Of a stretch of 64,000 bases of DNA, positions 48,601 to 64,000 are shown one piece after another. Both the position numbers and the translations under genes were made by a program. The DNA lies in the NCBI RefSeq assembly GCF_009914755.1, contig NC_060931.1, one strand, 5' to 3'. Source of the stretch: the human T2T-CHM13v2.0 reference genome, Homo sapiens. Below the pieces are notes generated by a model. That model was not told the origin of the DNA. It worked only from the letters and a program-made list of their open reading frames with translations, and did not search any database. Each line of letters begins with the position of its first letter. Position 1 is the stretch's first letter.

Positions 48601-49410
48601 TTTGGTTGGTGGATTTTTATCCATTCTGCCATTCTGTATCTTTTAAGTGGAGCATTTAGGCCATTTATATTCAACATTAGTATTGAGGTGTAAGGTACTG
48701 TTCTCTTCATCATGCTAGTTGTTGCTTGACTACCATTTTTTTCATTGAGTTATTGTTTTATAGGCCCTGTGAGATTTATGCTTTAAAGGGGTTCTATTTT
48801 GGTGTACTTCAAGGTTTTGTTTCAATATTTACAACTCCTTTTAGCATTTCTTGTAGTGCTGGCTTGGTAGTGGTGAATACTCTCAGCATTTGTTGTCTGA
48901 AAAAAACTTTATCTCTTCTTCATTTATGAAACTTAGTTTTGCCAGCTACAAAATTCTTGGCTGATAATTGTTTTGTTAAAGGAGGATAAAGATAGCATCC
49001 CAATTCCTTCTGGCTTGCAGGGTTTCTGCTGAGATGTCTGCTGTTAATCTTATAGGTTTTCCTTTATATGTTACCTGATGCTTTAGCCTCACAGCTCTTA
49101 AGATTCTTTCCCTCATCTTGACGTTAGATAACATGATGACTGTGTGCCTGTGTTATGATCTTTTTGCAATGAATTTCCCAGGTGTTCTTTGAGTTTCTTG
49201 TATTTAGATGTCTAGATCTCTAACAAGACCAAGGACATTTTCCTTGATTATTCCTTCAAATATGTTTTGCAAACTTTTGGATTTCTCTTCTTCCTCAGGA
49301 GGGCCAATTATTCTTATGTTTGGTTGCTTAACATAATCCCAAATTTCTGGAGGCTTTGTTCATTTTTTAAAATTCTTTTTTCTTTGTCTTTGTTGAATTG
49401 GGTCAGTTAG

Positions 49411-50669
<1,259 letters not shown>

Positions 50670-51777
50670 TAGTGTGATCTTTTGAGTGTGTGATAGAACC
50701 TTGTTTTGTAATATTACCAGACTTACTTTTCTGTTTCTTTTTCATTTGGGCAGACTGTTTCAGTGGAAAGATCTGGAACTCAAGGGCTGCTGTTCAGGTT
50801 CTTTTGTCCCACAGGGTAATTCCTTGATGTGGTGCTCTCCCCCTTCCCCTAGGAATGGGGCTTCCTGAGAGCTAGACTGCAGTGATTGTTATTGCCCTTC
50901 TGAGCCCTGGGCTGGTGCTAGGCAATGTCTGCAAAGAGTCCTGTGATATGATCCATCTTCAAGTCTCCCAGCTGTGGATACCAGCACCTGCTCTGGTGGA
51001 GGTGGCAGGGGAGTGAAGTAGACTTAGACTCAGTTAAAGTCCTTGGTTGTAGTTTTGTTTAGTGTGCTGGTTTTCTCGAATGCTGGTTATGCTAGCAGTG
51101 AAGTTGTCACACAGATAGACTCGGGACCTCTGGTTGGCCAGGATGTTGCAGGTGGTGGAATTAGCTATTGTTTTCTCCTTCTTTGGAGCAGGATTGTTCT
51201 CTTATGAGTTGCTGTAATGGCTTGAGTTGGTTGGCCTCCAGCCAGGAGGTGGTGCTTTCAAGAGAGCCCCACCTGCAGTAGTAGAAGGGGGATATAAGCT
51301 TGCCCTACATTTGCCAGATAAGTAATCGGCTTTCTCAGGTCATGGGTGGGGCCATAGAGCTCCCACGAGTTTATGTCTTTTGTCTTTGGCTGCCAGGGTG
51401 GGTAGAGAAAAACCATCAGGAGGGGGCAGTGTTAGGCGTGTCTGAGCTCAGACTCTCCTTGGGCAGAACTTGCTGTGCCACTGTGGGGGATAGGGGGATG
51501 CTTCTCAGGCCAATAGAATTATGTTCCCAGGGGGATTGTATTTGTCTCTGCTGCATCATTACAGGTCACCAGGGAAGTGGGGAAAGCCAGCAGTGACAGG
51601 CCTCACCCAGCTCCCATAGCCAGCAAAGCTATTCTCACTCCCTTTGTGCCCCACCAACAGCACTAAATTTATATCCAGACAGCTGGCAAGCAGGGCTGAG
51701 ATCTTGCTCCAGGCTACTAGCCTCCCCAGTGAGAAAGCAAGCAGGGCCCTCAGGACTTGCTCCTCCCCACCTGCCCG

Positions 51778-52016
51778 CACGATCTCAGCTCACTGCAACC
51801 TCTGCCTCCTGGGTTCAAGTGATTCTCCTGCCTCAGCTTCCCAAGTAGCTGGGACTACAGGCACGCACCACCACACCCAGTTAACTTTTGTATTTTTAGT
51901 AGAGACGCAGTTTTACTGTGTTGGCCAGTCTGGACTTGAACTCCTGACCTCAGGTGGTCCACCTGCCTCAGCCTCCCAAAGTGCTGGGATTACAGACGGG
52001 AGCCACCATGCCCAAC
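51778..52016 (-). mobile_element. Tail-less AluS fused to the L1PB 5' region
   Basis: Starts at gcacgatctcagctcactg with no poly-T. Confidence 0.85.
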
Positions 52017-52540
52017 CATTATGTAGTTTTAATCAAAGTTATGGATACAGGAAAGCAAAGTTTTCTTCTGGTGGTACATACTACTACAAATAACCTTTTC
52101 TTCCTTTTTGTTTCTGTTACTCCCTTCTCATATATTTGTTGCATACTATTTTATACAAAGAAGTTGATTAGTAAAAGAGAAATAAAACTTAGCAATGTAG
52201 GAAAAATTATCTTATCAAATGAATTTAAATACATTTTCTCTTACATCAGCACAGTTAAAAATGTCAATTTTTTGTGAAAGGATTTAACAGTGCATAGATA
52301 TATAAAGACATATTATCAAAGAGTTTTTGCATCCCCCCAGGTCCTTTATTTCCTATGTTCCCTCAGTTTCTTGTTTCAAGACTTACAACCATAGAACTCC
52401 ATTTACCCTCCACCCTTTATATGCTAGTGTTGTCTTAAGTATTACATCTGCATATATTAGAACCCTTACCAGGGGATGTGATAATTTTTGCTTTCAACAG
52501 TCTATTTTAATAGTCTCATCTATTTTAAATAAATTAAAAG

Positions 52541-52866
<326 letters not shown>

Positions 52867-53686
52867 TTATCCAGATATTTACCATTTCTGTTGTTCTTCC
52901 TTTATTCTTAAAATTTCAAGTGTCCCTCTTGAATATAATTTCTTGTTGCCCTGAAGAACTTTCAACATTTCTTTTAGAGCAGGTCTGCTGGTTACATACT
53001 CTCTTTTTTTTCTTCATGTAAAAATGTTTTTATCTCACGGTCATTCCTGAAGGATAATTTCAGCAAATGTCGAATTCTGGTTGGACAATTCTTTTCTTTC
53101 AGTTCTTTAAAGATGTTGTTCCACTGTTTTCTGGTCTCCATGATTTCGGATGTAAAATCAGCAGTCATTTGAATAGTTCTTCCCCTTTATATAATGTGCC
53201 ACGTTTCTTTCTGGCTGTTTTCAAGATCAACAACAAGAATAATAAAACTTGGTGTTCAGAAGTTTGATTTTGATGTGTCTGGCCACAGTTGATTTTCTTT
53301 GGAGGTGTCCTGTTTGGGATTCTAAGCTGCTTTAATCTATAATTTAAGTCCTTCATCAAATTAGGGAAGTTCTGGCCTTTATTTTTTCAAATATTCTTTC
53401 TGAACCAATTTACTTTTCCTATCCTTCTTGGATTCCAGTGAAATGAATGTTAGATAATTTGATGATGTTCTGTTCATTTCTTCCCCCTACCTCTTTGTTC
53501 TTCAGATTAATGTCTATTAACCCATCTTCACATTCATTGACTCTTTCCTTTGTCATTATCTCCATTCAGCTATTGAGCCCAATCAATGACTTTTTCATGT
53601 ATTATATTTTTTAGTCCTAAAATTTGCATTTGATTATTTGTTATTCTATTTTTTTCTGTTCGCATTCTAAAATTAAATTTTTTAAT

Positions 53687-53848
53687 GTTTTTCTTCTTTT
53701 TAGAGACAGGGTCTCACTCTGTTGCCCAGGCTGAGTACAGTGGCACAATCATAGCTCACTGCAGCCTCAAACTTCTGGGCTTAAGTGATCCTCCCCACTT
53801 GGCCTCCCAAAATGCTGGGATTACATGCATGAAACACTGCACCCAGCA
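53687..53848 (-). mobile_element. Monomer-length AluJ-like element
   Basis: Right-arm 3' part joined to left-arm 5' part. Confidence 0.7.
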
Positions 53849-54164
53849 TCTGATGACTTTTGTATTTCTATTCACTTAAGGAGTGTTTACCTTTACCTCA
53901 TGAAACATAGATGTGATAGGCTTTAATGTCTTTGTCTGATATTTCTAACATCTGGGTAATCTTGAGGTAGTGATCTCTTGATTTCCTTTTTCCTTGAGAT
54001 TTTTCACAGTTTGTTGGTTCTATGTTGAGTAATCATGGACTGTATCCTGGAAAATCTGAATATTATATTGTGAGGTCTCTCAGGCCTGTTTAATTTCTCT
54101 AGAGAATGTTGATTTTTGTTTGTTTGTTTTAGCAGGCTAGCAACTTGATTTGATTCAGACAGTT

Positions 54165-55640
<1,476 letters not shown>

Positions 55641-57102
55641 TTCTTTTTATAGCTTTTTGAATGAATGCCTCCTTTACTTTTTCCTTTTTAAAATTTAGAT
55701 TTTGCTCTGTAAAAGGTGGTACAGATATAGCTGAAGTTCTATCCCTCCTACCTTTTCTCTCACTTTCTTTCTTCCCAGAGATAAGCATTGTTCTGAAATT
55801 GGTGTGTATTATTCTCAGGTGTCCATTTTAACTCTTAGGACATATGTATGTATCTGTAAATAATATACATACAACTATTTTTTATTTAAAAATTATATAG
55901 ATGCTATTATTCTGTATGAATCTTTTGCAGCTTGCTTTAATCACTTAAAATTGTGTTTTTGAGATTAATCCATGTTAATATATACAGATCTAATTCATCC
56001 ATTTTAATTTATGTAGAGTATTCCACTGTATGAATAAATTACAGTTATTTAGCTATTCTTTTTACAATAAGGGGACAGTTGTTTCCATTTTTTATCTTTT
56101 GTTATCAGAAACAATGATCCAATGAACATTTTCTATAAGTCACCTTTAGCATATGCATAAGAATCTCTTTAGGTAAGGCACCTAGAAATGTTATCACTGG
56201 TTTAAAGGATATAACTTTCAACTTTATTAGGCATCACTGAATTGATCTAAAAAATGGTTGTGTGAACCATTATGGAAAGTAGCGTGGAGGTTCTTCAAAA
56301 ACTTAAAAATAGAACTACCATATGATCCAGCAATCCCACTACTGGGTATATATCCAAAGGAAATGAAATTAGTATGTCAAAAGGATATTTGCACTGCTAT
56401 GTTTATTAAAGCATCAATCACAATAGCCAAGATATGGAATCAAACCTAAGTGTCCATCAGTGGATGAATGGAAAAAGAAAATGTGGAACATATACACAAT
56501 GGGATATAATTTAGCCATAAGAAAAGGAAATGCTGTCATTTGTGACAATATGGATGAACCTGGAGGACATTATGCTAAGTGAAATAAGTCAGGCACAAAA
56601 ATGCAAATATCTTCTCATTCACGTGTGGAATCTAAAAATGTTGATCTCATAGAAGTATAGAGTAGAATGGTACTTATCAGGGGCTGGGGCAGTTGCATGG
56701 GGTTGGGGAGATGGTTAAAGGATACAGAATTTCAGATAGGAGAAAGTTCAAGAGATGTATTGTACAACAAGTGACTATCATTAACAATATATTGTGGAGG
56801 AGCCAAGATGGCCGAATAGGAAGAGCTCCGGTCTACAGCTCCCAGCATGAGCGACGCACAAGACAGGTGATTGCTGCATTTCCATCTGAGGTACCCGGTT
56901 CATCTCACTAGGGAGTGCCAGACAGTGGGCGCAGGTCAGTGGGTGCGCGCACCACGTGCGAGCCGAAGCAGGGCCAGGCATTGCCTCACTCAGGAAGCAC
57001 AAGGGGTCAGGGAGTTCCCTTTCCTAGTCAAAGAAAGGGGTGACGGACGGCACCTGGAAAATCGGGTCACTCCCACCCGAATACGGCGCTTTTCCGACGG
57101 GC

Positions 57103-57237
57103 TTAAAAAACGTCGAGATTATATCCCGCACCTGGCTCGGAGGGTCCTACGCCCACGGAGTCTCGCTGATTGCTAGCACAGCAGTCTGAGATCAAACTGC
57201 AAGGCAGCAGCGAGGCTGGGGGAGGGGCGCCCGCCAT
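57103..57237 (-). CDS. LINE-1 antisense ORF0, truncated to 44 aa
   Basis: MAGAPPPASLLPCSLISDCCASNQRDSVGVGPSEPGAGYNLDVF* matches the ORF0 N-terminus; a small deletion near 57112 brings in an early stop. Confidence 0.65.
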   Translation of the reverse strand: MAGAPPPASLLPCSLISDCCASNQRDSVGVGPSEPGAGYNLDVF

Positions 57238-57695
57238 TGCCCAGGCTTGCTTAGGTAAACAAAGCAGCCGGGAAGCTCGAACTGGGTGGAGCCCACCACA
57301 GCTCAGGGAGGCCTGCCTGCCTGCCTCTATAGGCTCCACCTCTGGGGGCAGGGCACAGACAAATAAAAAGACAGCAGTAACCTCTGCAGACTTAAATGTC
57401 CCTGTCTGACAGCTTTGAAGAGAGCAGTGGTTCTCCCAGTACGCAGCTGGAGATCTGAGAATGGGCAGACTGCCTCCTCAAGTGGGTCCCTGACCCCTGG
57501 CCCCCGGCAGCCTAACTGGGCGGCACCCCCCAGCAGGGGCACACTGACAGCTCACACGGCAGGGTACTCCAACAGACCTGCAGCTGAGGGTCCTGTCTGT
57601 TAGAAGGAAAACTAACAAACAGAAAGGACATCCACACCAAAAACCCGTCTGTACATCACCATCATCAAAGACCAAAAGTAGATAAAACCACAAAG

Positions 57696-58712
57696 ATGGG
57701 GAAAAAACAGAACAGAAAAACTGGAAACTCTAAAAAGCAGAGCGCCTCTCCTCCTCCAAAGGAACGCAGTTCCTCACCAGCAGCGGAACAAAGCTGGATG
57801 GAGAACGACTTTGACGAGCTGAGAGAAGAAGGCTTCAGACGATCAAATTACTCTGAGCTACGGGAGGACATTCAAACCAAAGGCAAAGAAGTTGAAAACT
57901 TTGAAAAAAATTTAGAAGAATGTATAACTAGAATAACCAATACAGAGAAGTGCTTAAAGGAGCTGATGGAGCTGAAAACCAAGGCTCGAGAACTATGTGA
58001 AGAATGCAGAAGCCTCAGGAGCCGATGCGATCAACTGGAAGACAGGGTATCAGCAATGGAAGATGAAATGAATGAAATGAAGAGAGAAGGGAAGTTTAGA
58101 GAAAAAAGAATAAAAAGAAATGAGCAAAGCCTCCAAGAAATATGGGACTATGTGAAAAGACCAAATCTACGTCTGATTGGTGTACCTGAAAGTGACGGGG
58201 AGAATGGAACCAAGTTGGAAAACACTCTGCAGGATATTATCCAGGAGAACTTCCCCAATCTAGCAAGGCAGGCCAACGTTCAGATTCAGGAAATACAGAG
58301 AACACCACAGCGATACTCCTCGAGAAGAGCAACTCCAAGACACATAATTGTCAGATTCACCAAAGTTGAAATGAAGGAAAAAATGTTAAGGGCAGCCAGA
58401 GAGAAAGGTCGGGTTACCCTCAAAGGGAAGCCCATCAGACTAACAGCAGATCTCTCGGCAGAAACTCTACAAGCCAGAAGAGAGTGGGGGCCAATATTCA
58501 ACATTCTTAAAGAAAAGAATTTTCAACCTAGAATTTCATATCCCGCCAAACTAAGATTCATAAGTGAAGGAGAAATAAAATACTTTACAGACAAGCAAAT
58601 GCTGAGAGATTTTGTCACCACGAGGCCTGCCCTAAAAGAGCTCCTGAAGGAAGCGCTAAACATGGAAAGGAACAACCGGTACCAGCCGCTGCAAAATCAT
58701 GCCAAAATGTAA
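57696..58712 (+). CDS. LINE-1 ORF1p, intact 338 aa
   Basis: MGKKQNRKTGNSK...QNHAKM, full length, with REKG and ARR motifs retained. Confidence 0.93.
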   Translation: MGKKQNRKTGNSKKQSASPPPKERSSSPAAEQSWMENDFDELREEGFRRSNYSELREDIQTKGKEVENFEKNLEECITRITNTEKCLKELMELKTKARELCEECRSLRSRCDQLEDRVSAMEDEMNEMKREGKFREKRIKRNEQSLQEIWDYVKRPNLRLIGVPESDGENGTKLENTLQDIIQENFPNLARQANVQIQEIQRTPQRYSSRRATPRHIIVRFTKVEMKEKMLRAAREKGRVTLKGKPIRLTADLSAETLQARREWGPIFNILKEKNFQPRISYPAKLRFISEGEIKYFTDKQMLRDFVTTRPALKELLKEALNMERNNRYQPLQNHAKM

Positions 58713-58775
58713 AGACAATCGAGAATAGGAAGAAAATGCATCAACTAACGAGCAAAATAACCAGCTAACATCATC

Positions 58776-62580
<3,805 letters not shown>

Positions 62581-62941
62581 ACAATGAGATCACATGGACA
62601 CAGGAAGGGGAACATCACACTCTGGGGACTGTTGTGGGGTGGGTGGAGTGGGGAGGGATAGCATTGGGAGATATACCTAATGCTAGTTGACGAGTTAGTA
62701 GGTGCAGCGCACCAGCGTGGCACATGTATACATATGTAACTAACCTGCACAATGTGCACATGTACCCTAAAACTTAAAGTATAATAATAAAAGAAAAAAA
62801 AAGCAAACAATATATTGTATTCTTAAAAAATGCTAAGAGAGTGCATGTAAAATGTTCTCATCATAAAAATGATAACTATGTTAGGTAATGCATATGTTAA
62901 TTAGCCAGATTTAGTCGTTCCATAGTGTATGTATATTTCAA

Positions 62942-63237
62942 TTTTTTTTTTTTTTTTGAGACGGTCTTGCTCTGTCACCCAGGCTGGAGTGCAGTGGTGT
63001 GATCTTGGCTCACTGCAACCTCCGACTCCTGGATTCAAGCGATTTTAGTACCTCAGCCTTCTGAGTAGCTGGGATTACAGGTGCCCACCACCACACTTGG
63101 CTAATTTTTGTATTTTTAGTAGAGACGGGGTTTCCCCATGTTGCCCAGGATGGTCTCGAACTCCTGGCCTCAGGTGATTGACCCGCCTCAGCCTCCCAAA
63201 ATGCTGAGATTACATGGGTGAGCCACCACGCCTGGCC
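62942..63237 (-). mobile_element. AluS
   Basis: Long TSD ata(g/a)tgtatgtatatttcaa. Confidence 0.9.
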
Positions 63238-63499
63238 ATAATGTATGTATATTTCAAAGCAATATGTTGCACACAGTAAATACATCTAATCTAATTTTAT
63301 CTGTCAATTAAAAACATTTTAAAATGGTCATACTAATTTCCCAGTAGAAATATATAAATATTTCTGTTTTCTCACTTCTAATTTTCATATGAGCAGATTT
63401 GTTAAGCTTGGGGAGAAATAACATCTAATATGCATATTCTGGATTATTAGCAAGATTGTATCTCATTTATCTCATTATCATTCCCCTCTCTTTTGTCAC

Positions 63500-64000
63500 A
63501 CTAAGCTGTTCCTTCTTCCATGTAATTCATCTCAGTGATGATACCACTATCCTTCCAGATGCTCAGGTCAGAAGTCTGGGGGTTATCTCTGAGTTCCCAT
63601 CCCTCCTCCCCCACATCCACCCTCCAAATCCCTTTGTTTCTTATCCACAACATTATAATGACCTCCTAACTAGTCTCCTCCCTCCAGCCTACTCTCCCTC
63701 CAGTTGATTCTGTTCACTGTAGCAAGAGTATTTGTATTTCTGAAATACAAATCTGATTACGTCACTCCCCACAGCCCCAGCATTCTCCGGTGGCTTCCCA
63801 TTTCTCTTTGGCCATTTCTCTTTGGCATGGTTTACAAGTCTCATCACAAGCTGGCTTCTCTGCCTACAGCCTCATATTTCTCCACTCCCTTCCTCAAAAT
63901 TCTCACTCTGGTTTTGCTGAGTCGTTTTCAGTTTTAGGATGTATCTCTACTTGGAACATTCTCTTTTCTCCTCTGACTAATTCGTCTTTTTTCTCAGATG
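63500..64000 (+). mobile_element. L2 fragment
   Basis: accactatccttccagatgctcaggtcagaa..., aaatacaaatctgattacgtcactcc. Confidence 0.65.

Overview
Primate (most likely human, 7q34) genomic DNA, repeat-dense (about 45 Alus plus L1, L2, MIR, MaLR LTRs and DNA-transposon fossils). It has one cellular protein-coding gene, MRPS33, on the minus strand: CpG-rich promoter near 39.2 kb, two coding exons that join into a 106-aa ORF, and a poly(A) signal at 30356. Downstream of it lies a degraded processed CCT4 pseudogene interrupted by a Tigger3/MER7 MITE. Upstream are a decayed Charlie hAT transposon, a long fragmented L1PB and a full-length L1PA2-like LINE-1 (56796-62805) with a TSD, intact ORF1 and dead ORF2. 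I found no convincing new multi-gene system. The best leads are: an apparently transversion-rich mutation spectrum in the full-length L1; its antisense promoter/ORF0 pointing at MRPS33; inverted Alus around the ATG-bearing MRPS33 exon (circRNA candidate); and several templated-insertion or fold-back scars. Repeat subfamily calls come from remembered consensus sequences and their coordinates are approximate.
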